From Squalus acanthias (lineage: Eukaryota), in the NCBI GenBank assembly GCA_030390025.1, contig CM059432.1:29266001-29330000 (forward strand): a stretch of 64,000 nucleotides of DNA, read 5' to 3'. The notes under the pieces were generated by a model. It saw only the letters and a program-made list of their open reading frames with translations, had not been told where the DNA came from and did not search any database. The translations under genes and the position numbers were made by a program. The stretch's first letter is position 1, and the number at the start of each line of letters is the position of its first letter. This document shows positions 1 through 13,094 of the stretch, piece by piece.

Positions 1-1107
1 TCGACTTCTGTTTTGAATATACCGAATGACTGAGCCTCCACAGCCCTCTGGGGTAGAGAATTCCAAAGATTCACCACCCTCTGTGTGAAGAAATTTCTTC
101 TCATCTCAGTCCTGAATGGCCTACCCTTTATCCTGAGGCTGTAGCCCCTGGATCTAGACTCCCCAGCCAAGGGAAACATTCTCCCAGCATCCACCCTATC
201 AAGCCCTGTAATAATTTTGTATGCTTCAATGAGATCCCCTCTCATTCTTCTGAATTCAAGAGAATACAGGCCTAGTTTACTCAATCTCTTCTCATACGAC
301 AGTCCCACCATCCCACGAATCAATCTCCTGAACCTTTGTTGCACTCCCTCTATGGCAAGTATATCCTTCCTTAGGTAAGGAGACCAAAATTGTACACAGT
401 ACTCCAGGTGTGGTCTCACCAAGGCCCTATATAATTGGAGTAAGACTTCTTTACTCCTGTACTCAAATCCTCTTGTAATGAAGGCCAGCATACCATTTGC
501 CTTCCCAATGGCTTGCTGCACCTGCACATTCACTTTCAGTGACTCATGTACAAGGACACCCAGGTCCCTTTGAGCATCTGCATTCCCCAATCTTTCACCA
601 TTTAGGAAATACTCTGCCTTTCTGTTTTTTCTACCAAAGTGGATAACTTCACATTTATCCACATTATATTTCATCTGCCATGTTCTTGCCCACTCACTGA
701 GCCTGTCGAGATCCCCTTGAAGGCTCTTCACATCCTCTTCACAACTGACACTGCCACCTAGTTTTGTATCATCAGCAAATTTGGAAATGTTACATTGAAT
801 CCCCTCATCCAAATCATTGATATAGATTGTGAATAGCTGGGGCTCAAGCACCAGTCCTTGTGGTACCCCACTAGTCACAGCCTGCCATCCTGAAAAAGAC
901 CCGTTTATCCCTACTCTTTGTTTTCTGTCTGTTAACCAATTCTCAATCCATGCTAGTATATGACCCCCAATTCCATGTACCATAATTTTGTTCACCAACC
1001 TCTTGTGTGTGACCTTATCGAAGCCCTTCTGAAAATCCAGATACACCACATCTACCGGTTCCCCTTTGTCTACTCCATTAGTTACATCCTCAAAGAACTC
1101 CAATAGG
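1..1107 (-). mobile_element. CR1 LINE ORF2 (RT) fragment, runs off the window start
   Basis: The reverse complement follows the RT and C-terminal part of the CR1 ORF2 at 23050-24120 (e.g. gtatcatcagcaaattt = KFADDT; tactccaggtgtggtctcacc = VRPHLEY). Confidence 0.92.
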
Positions 1108-3608
1108 TCAATAAGGAGCCCTAGTAAAACTGAAGTCAATGGGAATCAGGGGGAAAATGCTCCACTGGCTGGAGTCATACCTAGCACAAAGGAAGATGGT
1201 TGTGATGGTTGAAGGTCAATCATCACAGCCCAGGACATCACTGCAGGAGTTCCTCAGTGCAGTGTTCTAGGCCCAACCATCTTCAGCTGCTTCATCAATG
1301 ACCTTCCCTCCAACATAAGGTCAGAAATGGGGATGTTCGCTGATGACTGCACAGTGTTCAGCGCCATTCACAACTCCTCAGATAATGAAGCAGTCCATGC
1401 CCGCATGCAACAAGACCTGGACGACATTCAAGCTTGGGCTGATAAGTGGCAGGTAACATTCGTGCCACAGAAGTGCCAGGCAATGACTATCTCCAACAAG
1501 CGAGAGTCTAACCACCTCCCCTTGACATTCAACAGCATTACCATCACCGAATCCCCCATCATCAACTTCCTGGGGGTCACCATTGACCAGAAACTTAACT
1601 AGACCAGCCACATAGGAGGTCAGAGGCTCGGTATTCTGTGGTGAGTGTCTCACCTCTTGACTCCCCGAAGCCTTGCCACCATCTACTGAAGGGATAATTA
1701 CTAGTCCTAGCCCTTTTCGGGCCACCCCGGATCAGGCGTATTCCCCAGACGTTCACCTTCAACTAAAGTTAGAGATAGCCGAACCTTATAAGACGCTTAA
1801 TTGGGTCTAAAGGTTCAGACTATCTCTCCCTAAAGGAAAGGAATGACTTGAAGATGTTACCGTCCTCCAGATAGCACTTTTAATAAGGTTAACTAGACTG
1901 TAACCTTCCGGATATTATGAGGGTCCAGAAAACTCCCCCAGAATTCTGCAACTCCTCACCAAAGAGTGTACAGAGATTGAGTTTGTGAGTTTGATACAGA
2001 AGTACTATGTGTGACAATTCTAAAAATATATAGATTTATTAAAGAACCGACATGTAGTTAACAGCTGGTGATTCAGTCGCAACATTAACAGTTCTAAAAA
2101 CAAATAGCTTACAATTCTTATTCTCAGAGATCCTTATTCTCAAATCTTAACTTCGTTACATTTTTACATTTCTACTTAGTCTTAATCCAGGATATCCACC
2201 AAAATCAAATACAAGTACCTTTGATCACCCGAGACTCAAAGAGTTGAAAACTTACAGAGCTTGCCTCTGAAGTTGAGAATCGCTTGCCCCTTCCAGCGAA
2301 TTCTGTTTTCCCATTTGAAAATCCTATCTTTATACCCTTTTTTCAGTGGTATATCCTTTGAAGTTTTCTGCTGATGTAAGCTAATTATCTCTAGTTATAT
2401 TTCTGTTGACTTCTTTCTATTCTTACTGTCAGTTCAGCTGTTAGCTTGCAGACTTGTGTCTCTACCTTTAGGTGTTCAAAACTTATCATAAAAAACGGTT
2501 ATAACAGATGTATCTATTTGATGCCATTCTTACGAAGGTCTTCTATTCAATTCTTAAATCACCTCAGCTGGTTTTAAACAGACTTCGTGTCTCCTATCTG
2601 TTCCAAGTTCAACACATAAACAATGTGATTGCTTGGTGCATCTATTGATGTCATATTTATGAAAGTCTTCTGTTTGTATCTTTTTATAAACACTTCAACC
2701 GAGTACATGATTGTCTTCCTAACTACTTCAATTGGTTGTACCAAGAATTATGTCTCCTGTCTTTCATTTGATGTCATATTTATGAAGGCATATGTTTCTT
2801 TAATTTATGTGATTCATTTCAAAGTGTTGGTTTATGACACCTTAACTGGGGATTCCATTGTGCTCTTTCCAAAACTTCATACTTCTAGGAACCTCCAACC
2901 CTCTGTTTCAATGAGGCTTTTGTTTCAGTGTCAACAACTGATCTCTATCTCAAAAGCCTGTATGGTGTTTACAGCTTTGTGTTGTTGAGGCTTTTAGATT
3001 GTTAAACCCAGTCTGTCATGTTTTAATAAAGTCAGAATTTTGTTCATAGGATGGTGTATTTTTCTGAATATGGCTATTCCTTTACACTACAAGGTACAAG
3101 TCAGGAGTGTGATGGAATACTCTCCACTTGCCTGGATGAGTGCAGCTCCAACAACACTCAAGAAGCTCGACACCATCCAGGACAAAGCAGCCCGTTTGAT
3201 TGGCACCCCATCCACCACCTTAAACATTCCCTCTACCACCGGCATACTGTGGCTGCAGTGTGTACCATCTACAACATGCACTGCAGCAACTTGCCAAGGC
3301 TTCTTCGGGAGCACCTCCCAAACCCACAACCTCTTCCACCTCGAAGGACAAGGTCAGCAGGTGCATGGGAACACCACCACCTCCAAGTTCCCCTCCAAGT
3401 CACACACAATCCTGGCTTAGAAGTATATCGCCGATCCTTCATCGTCGCTGGGTCAAAACTCCCTACCTAACAGCACTGTGGGAGTACCTTCACCACAAGG
3501 ACTGCAGCAGTTCAAGAAGGCGGCTCACCTTCTCAAGGACAACTAGGGATGGGCAATAAATGCTGGCCTTGTCTGCAATGCCCACATCCCATAAGCAAAT
3601 TTAAAAAA
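1108..3608 (+). mobile_element. CR1-clade LINE 3' fragment of a second family, split by a solo LTR at 1687-3086
   Basis: RT motifs GVPQxSVLGPTIFSCFINDL and MFADDCT. The frame resumes after the LTR with YKVQVRSVMEYSPLAW. Tail aactagggatgggcaataaatgctggcc followed by an A-rich end. Confidence 0.88.
1687..3086 (-). mobile_element. Solo LTR, 1400 bp (copy 1)
   Basis: Begins TGAAGGG and ends CCTTTACA, flanked by the 4-bp direct repeat CTAC (1683-1686 and 3087-3090). It interrupts an otherwise continuous LINE and is homologous end-to-end, inverted, to 28611-30057. Confidence 0.9.
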
Positions 3609-3959
3609 AAGATAATGCCCTGTGTTAACCTTGCACAGCTGAACATGTGTTCAGCAGCTGCATGGACCCCCCTACCAGCGATATTTAAAGGGATCATCAA
3701 CCACTCTCAGGACAGTTTCTGATTAATTCCTACTGGCTCTGTGTAAGTTTGTGGAAGTGTTTGGAGCTTTCCAGAGTTATTTAAAGTTGGTGAGGTGACA
3801 GGGAGTGGTGCTGCAAGTGGAGAAGGCCTTGCTTCTGACTTCAAGGGTTCTGGTCAGACCACTTGCTCCCAGTCATAGGTGCTCTAGTTGTCATTCGCAG
3901 AGTCAGTGAAGAAGAGGACAAGTTGCTCTTGGAGGGAGGAGGAGGAGAGGGAGAAGGGC

Positions 3960-4995
3960 TCTCAGCAGGAGGCCTTACCCATTGAGAGCAATTGCCTTTT
4001 CTCAACCTGAGCCAGAAGCAGTGTGCGAGGCATCTGCGCTTTACGAAGGAGGTGCTCACAGAACTCTGCTGCCTCTTGCAACCAGACCTGCAGCCTCAAA
4101 CCAGGGCAAGGAAAGCGCTGTCACTGGCTGTGAAGGTGATCGTGGCCCTGAATTTATTCATGTCAGGCTGGAGCAGGCAACATCTGTATTATCTCACAGT
4201 TCGCATCCACTGCTGCATAAGAGAGGTGACAGATGCTCTTTATGCCAGGAGAGGGGATTGTCTTCTCTCTGACCAGAGAGAAGCAGGCAGAGCGTGCACG
4301 TGGCTTTGTCAGGATAGCGGGCTTCCCCAAGGTACAAGGCGCCATCGACTGCACGTACGTAGCTTTCCGGGCACCACATCTAAATGCTGAGATGTACCAC
4401 AACCGCAAAGGTTACCACTCGCTGAATGTGCAGTTGGTGTGGGACCATGCTCAGCACATCATGATAAATGCCCAGTATCCTGGAAGCAGTCATGATGCTT
4501 TCATTCTGCACCAGTCCACTGTTCCCTCAGTCTTTGAGCCACCATGACAAATCAGAGGCTGGCTACTGGGTGACAAGGGCTATCCGCTGACCACCTGGCT
4601 CATGACTCTGCTCCACAACCCAACCACATATGGGCAGCATGCGTACAATGAGAGCCATGCTGTCACACGGAATCTGATAGAGCAAACCTTGGCATCCTTA
4701 AATAACGCTCCGCTGTCTGGACCACTGTGGAGGAGCCCTGCAGTACTCACCAGAACGTGTCTCAAGCTTCGTTGTGGTCTGCTGCATGCTTCACAACTTC
4801 GCCATCATGAGGGCACAGCCCTTGTCACCAGGCATACAGTGACCAGCTGAGGAGGAGGAGGAAGCGGAAGAGGAGCAGGAGGAAGAAGAGGAGGAGGAAG
4901 TGGAAGAGGAGGAAGTGGAAAGGAGGAGGCAACCTCGACAGCTCCTTTATGCCCGGGCTGTCTGTGATCAACTCATCCAACTGCAGTATGAGTGA
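3960..4995 (+). pseudogene. Harbinger (HARBI1-like) DDE transposase pseudogene
   Basis: Motifs GFPKVQGAIDCTYV, NRKGYHSLNVQLV, YPGSSHDAFIL, WLLGDKGYPL and YNESHAVTRNLIEQ, with frameshifts and a stop at ~4545. Confidence 0.92.
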
Positions 4996-5229
4996 ACACA
5001 ACCCCAATTCCACAATCAACAATAGTCCCACACCTTAACTTCCCTCTGTTACTGACCATCACCGCGTCCTCTTGGCCACTATGCTGAAATAAAAGCCACC
5101 ATAAAATAAACATTCCAATCCAACTTTATCCATCAATCCATTCAATATAACCTAACAAAGTCAACTAATCACCCTTGTGCATTCCCTTAGTGCTTGTCTT
5201 CAGTGTGTCTTTGCCTGTCCGAGTGCACC

Positions 5230-5838
5230 TATGAAGTGCTACCCCAGTGGCTGCAGCATGGCTGGTGGAAGGCTGCTGACTTTCAGAGGGGGAGACAGCA
5301 GATGGCCTTGCAGGATGACCTCAAGCAGCTCTGGGCTTAGAAGGCCCGGCTGCAGACTGCACCACCTTGGCATGGGCAGCAACAGTCTGGACTGGCTGGC
5401 TGACAGGCAATAGCAAGGGCACTGGCAGAGTGGCAATGGTGGGAAGACGAATGCTGTCATCCTGAGCGAAGACAACAGGTTCGTGCTTCATGGAGCCACT
5501 ACCACTCCCCCGGGCGGCACCTCACCATTCCTAGCCATCTGTTGGAGGACAGATTGCTGGAATGCTGTGACATCCTGCAAGCCCCTTTCTATACTGGTAA
5601 ACACAGTTACGATGGCAGCGGTCTGAGCTTGCGTGGCAGCAAGTTGAGGTTACATGGCAACAAGCTGAACTTGCATGACTTCAGTCTGAGCTTCCATTGC
5701 AGCACTCAAATGTAGGGTGGCTTGTGCTTTTGCTGCAATGGAAGATGAGACATCAGCTATCTCCTCGAGTTGACCTCCTGCATCAAGGCCTGCATCGGAG
5801 GACCTTGGTGCATGTTCTCTCCCCTGTTGTGCCATCAT
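5230..5838 (-). pseudogene. Internally deleted Harbinger Myb/SANT-like gene remnant
   Basis: Starts MMAQQGREHAPRSSDAGL, resembling RERAQHFSDRAL at 34855, then jumps to an Ala/Gln-rich region. It is convergent with the transposase, as in vertebrate Harbingers. Confidence 0.6.
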
Positions 5839-6159
5839 GAATTGATTTTTGCACTGTCTTCCTCAGCCAGTTGAATGTTGATCTGCAGGCAGAATTCACC
5901 TCCCCTTTAAGAGGTGCAGACTGTCTTTAAGTAGTGCAGGCTAGTTTTAATTGGTGCTAGGCTTGCAGGATCTTGGGCCCCCCTCCTGAGCATTCAGCCA
6001 TTCAGCAGCACATTCAGCGCTGGACTGAATGCCATAATCCTGCAAATGAGCAGGCAGCACGAAGTTTGCGTGCTGCCTGAAGTTCTCCGAACGGGCATGG
6101 GTTGCTAACGTATTGCGATCACCGCGCCTTTGTTCGCGGGCAAACCAATTTTGAGGCCA

Positions 6160-6370
6160 TTGTCTTTCTATATTAGTCCTCCCAAAGTACATCACTTCAC
6201 ACTGCTTCGCATTGAACTCCACCTGCCATGCTTCTGCCCATTTCACCATCCTGTCTGTGTCATCCTGAAGCCTGTAACCATCCTCATCATGATCTACTAC
6301 TTTGCCAAGTTTCGGATCATCTGCAAACTTTATAATGCTGCTCCCTACACCCGAGCCTAGGTCGTTTATA
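6160..6370 (-). mobile_element. Old CR1 RT fragment
   Basis: Translation KFADDPKLG...KWAEAWQVEFNAKQCEVMYFGR. Confidence 0.8.
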
Positions 6371-6439
6371 AAAACATAATTGACCTTGATTCAGAAACTC
6401 AATGGTCAACTTACTGATGATATGAAACTGGGATAGTCC

Positions 6440-6780
6440 ATCATGTTAAAAGGGGTCCTGATGGTCACAGTCCCTCATGGTAAAAGATGGTGATACTACC
6501 TCATGTTGAAAGGGGTCTTGATGGTGACACTCCATTTTAACTCTCTTTAAAAGGGGTTCTGGAGAGATTCCCACTCCTGATGAGTCTCTTTTCTTTAAAA
6601 AGGAGACTTTGTAGTGAGTCACCCTCTTAAAATGGTGCGGAGATAGTTTTTAAAGGACTCCTGATTATTAAACTCCCTCTTGAAAAGAGATGCAGATGTG
6701 AGACTTTCCCTTTGAAGGGGATGCTGATCGTGAGGCTCCCTGCTCAAATGAGGTGCTGATGACGAGACTCCCTCATTAAG
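6440..6780 (+). repeat. Highly degenerate ~30-35 bp tandem repeat
   Basis: Recurrent aaaggggt(c/g)ctgatggtga(g/c)actccctc-like units. Confidence 0.5.
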
Positions 6781-7308
6781 TTTGCTGCGATTGTTCTACG
6801 CATCGCCCCTAAAGTGTTTGACACTTATGATTAATAATCCACAACGGTACAAATTAGAGCAATGTCACCGAGATGCTTCCCACCCGACACAATCATCAAA
6901 TTTACGACCAAATTGGGACGGAATGTAATTTGGTTTGAGTTCCCTTTCAGCCTGTCGTCTGCATGGCCTGTCTCGAAGGGGCCAGTAACCTAATCACATG
7001 ACAGCAGTAACTGCATTAGAATGACCACATTTCACTGACTGTAAGATTTTTTTTTGCTGTACCATTTAAAAAGCAGTTCCTGATGTCTCCAAGGGAATTA
7101 TAGTTATGCCAACTAAGGTAGTTCAGTTTTGGGTTTTCTTTATTGGGGAGGAGGAGGTTGCTTGTTGAGATAATTAACATGTGAGATTCGCACTAAAAGA
7201 GCCTCCATTTGAACTCGATGTTCATTTTGGAACTGGGTCATACGGGTCAGAAGGTCCCCATCCCATCCCTAGCTTGACTTAAATAAGTCGACCGCAGCTA
7301 AGAACCTG

Positions 7309-7988
7309 GGGGGGGGAAAAATTCTGTAACAACCATTTTGGGGAGCTAACATCTCCTGGGCACTAACTTTAGTGCCGGCAACCATGAAATTGAGTTTTAC
7401 CGCCCCAAGAGGGAAGTGGAGCGCTAAATCAAGCCCACCACTTCCTTCTTGGAGCACAATCGGCAGCAGGCGGAGCAGAGACTTCAGCAGCGCTACACAC
7501 TGGGCCGTGCAGCGCTGCCGCTTTCAAAGGCTCCTTCTCTCCCTTAAAGGGAAGGGCCATCGCTGCAGGCTCTGCTATTTAAAGAGTACCTACCTGGACC
7601 ACCAAGGCAGCCGCGATCCCGCACAAGCAGAGTGCTGGTCTGATCGATCGCGGGCAGGAACCCGCGAAAAAAACTAGAACAGGAAAGGTAAGTTTTTTTT
7701 TACTAACCTCGGCCACCTCGCCTTTAATCATCGCCCCCCGAAGCGGCCAGCCGCCCGATGCACGCCTCCTGCAGCTGTCGGTGTTTTCAGGTCGGGGGCG
7801 CTACCGAGGCGATGAGCACGGCGATGTCGTCACGATCTCCAGGCGAAGGAGATCAGGGCGCAATGCCGTAGCGCTGCCGCAAAACTCCCGCTGAATATGG
7901 CGGGAGTCGATGTCAGCGCTGCGCCCGGTCGCAAAGCCATTTGCGCCCCGTTAGCGCCGGAGGCACAAAGGCGCCCAATTTCAGCCCC
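7309..7988. mobile_element. GC-rich Harbinger-type MITE
   Basis: Ends ggggggggaaaatt and aatttcagcccc, with the 3-bp TSD CTG (7306-7308 and 7989-7991). An inverted relative lies at 41558-42254. Confidence 0.8.
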
Positions 7989-9029
7989 CTGCTTTAATCG
8001 GTCTCACGATCCCAGGTGGCTGGAGAGTGGTTAAAATTAACATTGGTTCCTCCTCCTGGCGGTTACCTAATAATTCCTGGGTGAGGACAGACTTGGCTAC
8101 GATGCCTTCCACAGTCAAATAATATGCTGACACTCGGATTTTAAATGGAGGCCGGGAACGGTGCATGGGGAGGCCCAAACTGGACGATGCACTCGGTGAT
8201 CATGAAGGACGTGAGGCCCAGCTGATTTTAACTTGAGCCACATATGAACAATTGACATCGGTGTCCTACTCCAAGCCAGCGGAAATGATGCCAAAGCCAA
8301 TGGGCAGGAGGGGGAATTGAGGCGAGAGTCGGCCACTGCCGGGCACCTCAGGGAACGGGCCCCGGCATAAAGTTACTGCGAGAGAGAGAGGTTCCCATAC
8401 AGATGCCAGTGTGGGGAGGGGGAGGGAGGGCCAGGGCCAAGAGAGGCCCAAGGATTTCTTCCTACTGCTCTAAAGATTCAAAAGTTTTACTTATCTTGGC
8501 CTCTTCTAGCCACTTAGTTGCATCCCGCCAGGTTTCTCTGGTGACTTTGACACTAGGCAGGCCTTGTAACAATGGCGCCGAAGATATCACTGGCAGTATG
8601 ACTTAGACGTTTAAATTAGGCCTTCGCCTGCCTGCAGTGGGAGTCTCGGCCGACTTCGAAGTCTGTGAAGATAAGATGTCGCAGAGTAGGAACGGAGCGG
8701 CATGTATCAGTATCGGCAGAGTTGGTCCGCCCACTATTTGGGGCGGTGGGGGAGACAAATGGGACAAGGGCATTGACCAATGACTGAAGCAAGTGCTGGC
8801 TGCTCTGACTGAAGACAGAAGCTCCCCTCCCTGTGAAAAATGGGCCCTTTTCACTAAGTCCATCGTGACCAGTTGGTGTAGAGTAACGAACCTTTAACAA
8901 TCTGGTGGGTCCCACTTCCACACACTTTAAAGTACTGTGGGGTCGCATTTCCGCTAGTTATATCCGCGCAGTCCAGGCGGAATCGGCCGAACCAGCACAG
9001 AAGACTGGGGGATTTTAAACATAAGTGAC

Positions 9030-9826
9030 TTACAACAACAACAGCAACTTGTATTTATATAGCGCCCTTAATGTAGTAAAACGTCCCAAGGCACTTCACA
9101 GAAGTGTAATCAAACAAAATTTGATACCGAGCCACATAAGGAGATATTAGGGCAGATGACCAAAAGCTTGGTCAAAGATGTAGGTTTTAAGGAGCCTCTT
9201 AAAGGAGGAAAGAGAGGTAGAGAGGCAGAGAGGTTTAGGAAGGGAATTCCAGAGCTTCGGGCCTTGGCAGCCAATGGTGGAATGATTAAAATCAGGGATG
9301 AGCTGAAGGCCAGAATTGGAGGAGCGTAGATATCTCGGAGGGTTGTAGGGCTGGAGGAGGTTACAGAGAGAGGGAGGGCCGAGACAATGGAGGGATTTTA
9401 AAATCGATTGAGAATTTTAAAATCAAGGCGTGGCTTAACCAGGAGCCAATGTAGGTCCGCGAGCACAGGGGTGATGGGTGAACGGGACTTGGTGCGAGTT
9501 AGGTACGGGTAGCAGAGTTTTGGATGACCCTAAGTATATGGAGGGTGGATGATGGGAAGCCAACCAGGAGTGCGTTGAAATAGTCACATCTAGAGGTAAT
9601 GAAGGCATGGATGAGGATTTCAACAGCTGATGAACTCAGGCAGGGGCGTAGTCGGGCGATGTTATGGAGGTGGAAATAGGCGGGCTTAATGATGGCGTGG
9701 ATATGGCCACCAAGGTTGCGAACAGTCTGGTTCAGCCTTAGACCGTTGCCAGTGAGAGGGATGGAGTTGGTGGCTAGGGAACGGAGTTTATGGCGGGGAC
9801 CAACGTCAATGGCTTTGGTCTTCCCA
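9030..9826 (-). mobile_element. L2 LINE 3' fragment
   Basis: (caa)n tail followed by cttgtatttatatagcgcc. It is the reverse-complement homolog of 33921-34490. Confidence 0.85.
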
Positions 9827-10310
9827 AAACCACTTACACTCGTGTTTTCTGTGATCTTTTACGCAGATTCAAGATGCAATTTGCCAGAATCAGGCCCCGC
9901 CCACAAAATTGTCCAAGCCTCCAGGTCGAAGTTGCGAGATTTCCCCGGTTCAGGAAGGCTCTTCAAATTGCACTCAATTTCTTACAGGCACAAGTAGGCA
10001 CGATTTAAAACTTTTCATATCAAAATTATTTAATTTACTAAGAAACTGACTCATCTGCAGCAATAAAACTATTAGATGGTTCAGTATAATTCTTAAATCA
10101 TTTTCAGTGATTTTAAATCAGGTTACTCTCAGATGGAGGACTGGACACTCTTAGCAAAATTGCTTACTTTTTGCTGATAAGCCCATTTTCAGCTGCATTA
10201 ATAAAACTGCAGCAGGTTACTGCTCTTAAATACATCAAGGAATACTTTTCAATGGAAAGAAAAAAAAAGGAACGATTACGTTTGATTACATTGCCCGATT
10301 GTGCTGGTTC

Positions 10311-10917
10311 ATGGAAGTCTTGCTTCAGTTATACAAGGTACTGGTGAGGCCACACCTGGAATACTGCGTACAGTTTTGGTTTCCATATTTAAGAAAAGAT
10401 AGACTTGCTCTCGAGGCAGTTCAGAGAAGGTTCACTCGGTTGATTCTGGAGATGAGGGGTTTGACTTATGAGGAAAGGTTGAGTAGGTTAGGCCTCTACT
10501 CATTGGAATTCAGAAGAATGAGAGGCGATCTTATCGAAACATATAAGATTGTGAGAGGGCTTGATCGGGTGGAGGCGGGGAGGATGTTTCCACTGATGGG
10601 TGAGACTAGAACTAGGGGGCATAATCTTAGAATAAGGGGCTGCCGTTTCAAAACTGAGATGAGGAGAAACTTCTTCACTCAGAGGGTAGTAAATCTATGG
10701 AATTTGCTACCTCAGAGAGCTGTGGAAGCTGCGACATTAAATAAATTTAAAACGGAGATAGACAGTTTCCTAGCTGATAAGGGAATTAAGGGTTATGGGG
10801 AGCGGGCAGGGAAGTGGACGTGAGTCTAGGTTCGGATCAGCCATGATCCTATTGAATGGCGGAGCAGGCCCGAGGAGCCATATGGCCTACTCCTGCTCCT
10901 ACTTCTGTTGTTCTTAT
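10311..10917 (+). mobile_element. 5'-truncated CR1 3' end
   Basis: EVLLQLYKVLVRPHLEYCVQFW...GYGERAGKWT*, followed by a single 3' tail gatcagccatgatc...tggcctactcctgctcct. Confidence 0.95.
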
Positions 10918-11062
10918 TTTACGTTTGTGATTATGCAAATGAATTGGAGCGGAAACCTAAAGCCTAACCTAACCAGCGCAATTTGAAGCGCATTTGTGGC
11001 GTAATTTCCTGGTTGCTCCTGAAAGTGGAAACTCTCCCCCTGTATATTTGTAGCTTGCTGGC

Positions 11063-11238
11063 ATTGGGGGCACCAGAGGCGGGGCTGGTGGGTGCCATTG
11101 GGGGCACCGGAGGCGGGGCTGGTGGGTGCCATTGGGGGCACCGGAGGCGGGGCTGGTGGGTGCCATTGGGGGCACCGGAGGCGGGGCTGGTGGGTGCCAT
11201 TGGGGGCACCGGAGGCGGGGCTGGTGGGTGCCATTGGG
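11063..11238 (+). repeat. 34-bp GC-rich minisatellite, 5 copies plus a partial copy
   Basis: Unit attgggggcaccggaggcggggctggtgggtgcc at 11063, 11097, 11131, 11165 and 11199. Confidence 0.95.
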
Positions 11239-11349
11239 TCCTGCCAGTCCTGCCTCCTGCTGTGGTGTCAGTTTGAAAGGAGGCAGACATATTAATTACT
11301 TTCCCTCAGCCCCCTCCAGGAACTCTGAGCATGCAACCTCGTTTGTTTT

Positions 11350-11790
11350 CCATTTATATAAATAATTTGAACATAGGCACAAGAGAAATGACCTGAAGTT
11401 TGCTGATGATACCAAAATTACAGGTCATGGCAAACTGTGAGGAGTAATGCAGGAGATTGCAAGTGGACATAGAAAGGTTAACAGACTGGGAATAGGTGGA
11501 AGATGGAGAGAAATGTGAAGTTTTACATTTTGAGCTAAAAAAACACAGTGAAAGGAGTAGACTGTAAATTTTAAGGCTCTTAACAGAGTAGAGAAACAAA
11601 GGCACAAATGCATTGATTTTTGAAGATGAAAAAATGCCATAAAAGAGGCAGGTAGATTTTATTTTTTTATACTCATGGGGTTGAAGAAAACCTCGAAGAA
11701 TTGGGTCTCTTTTTACTGGAACAGAGATTATTAAGGGGGATCTAATAGAGCTTTACAAATTTTAAAGAAATGTATGTGTTCAATGCGGAG
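11350..11790 (+). mobile_element. Very degenerate CR1 RT fragment
   Basis: aagtttgctgatgataccaaa (KFADDTK) and later CR1-like remnants (ttaagggggatctaatagag). Confidence 0.65.
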
Positions 11791-12515
11791 GAACTGTGAA
11801 CGGAGTTCCCTTAGTTTTTTAGCTAACATTCCTCCCTCAACACTATCAAAAAACAGTCATTTCTCTCACTGCGGTTTGTAGGATCATTGCTGGTGCAAGG
11901 TGGTTGCTGTATTTTCCTACATAATCACAGTCATTGCACTACACAAAGTAATTAATTGTGTGATGTGCTTTGAGGCATTTCAACTTGGTAAAGCTCGATA
12001 TCAACTCAAATTATGTTGTTAACTGTTATTGGATTGACCATACTTAATGCACTGAGCACTGAAACCAGGCCCAGCTCCCTCACTCAGCTGAAATGGGAGT
12101 CAATGGGAAACAGTGGGTCCAATTGCTGGATGCCATCGGCATTTATCCAATACGACCATTGATCGATTGCTGTCTAAAGATAATTGAGGTTAGATAAGTT
12201 TGAAAGACATCTGTGGTTAGACAAGACCTGGACCTGGAGGCCTATTGGAGTTAAAGACACTCCCTTTTATCAAAGAAGTTTTCAAATAAATGTAGAAATC
12301 AAAACTCTTCACGTCGAAGCGAGTACTTTCTGGATCGGTTCGGTTCGGTTCAGTAACATGCTAGTTGGTGCTTTTACCCACTTGGCCATTAGGGGGAGCT
12401 CTAAAGGAACTTTCTGAACACTATATGAGAATATTTTGATGCAGGTGCAAATTAAAGAAAATTGTTTCACTCTCATTTAAAACCAATGGCAGTTTATTAA
12501 AAGAAAATTCTATCT

Positions 12516-13050
12516 GGTAGAAATTCATTAGCGGCTGGTGCGATGCAGCCACAACGCCTGCCCATACTGGAGGTCGAGGCCGGCCCGAAATTGGACCTTG
12601 GACCACAGGCATCTCACCCGACTCGCCGGCAGTGGTTGTCAGGTAAGTCATAAGGGTAGGGTGAAGTTGAATGGGAGGACGGGGGCTGATCGCGAGCTGG
12701 CAATGGCCCTCTGGAGGTTGTAGAGCCACAAGGAGCATTCCTGGTCCTCCTGGCTGCCCAAAAACTTACCTTTCATTGGCTGCGTAGGCTCGGCACCTGC
12801 TCCGCTTATTGCAAACCAATGTCTGCAAGGGGGACTAAACCAGGCGTCAGACCCCTCATTTACATATGTAAGGGGCCTAACCATATGTTTTAGGCAACCA
12901 CCAGGAAAGCCGGAAAAATGCCCTAACCCAATCTCAGATAGGACCTTTTTCAGGCGTCCTTGGGGCGCAGGACATTAGTTCCCGAAATTGGAACTCATTG
13001 CGCCCATTCTATACTTGTTTAACAGGTGCAACAAAGTCCAATTTCTATCC
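12516..13050. mobile_element. GC-rich MITE (Harbinger-type TIRs)
   Basis: Ends ggtagaaatt and aatttctatccc. Shares TIR type and internal motifs with 26644-27172. Confidence 0.65.
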
Positions 13051-13094
13051 CTTTAACTTTACATGCAGGGAAAAGAAACATAAAAGGAATGGCA

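Larger units (their letters stand above)
3615..6158. mobile_element. Degenerate PIF/Harbinger DNA transposon (transposase plus convergent Myb/SANT gene remnant)
   Basis: HARBI1-like transposase on +, Myb-type N-terminus on -, and a right end aattttgaggcc resembling the TIRs of the local MITEs. The left TIR was not found, so the left boundary is approximate. Confidence 0.85.

Noticed and set aside
2629..2988. 119-aa ORF within the LTR as a viral accessory gene
   Set aside because: It is antisense to the inferred LTR direction, has a non-ATG start, and is not kept as the same ORF in copy 2.
10914..11365. Repetitive Pro/Gly-rich ORFs on both strands
   Set aside because: They are products of the 34-bp minisatellite.
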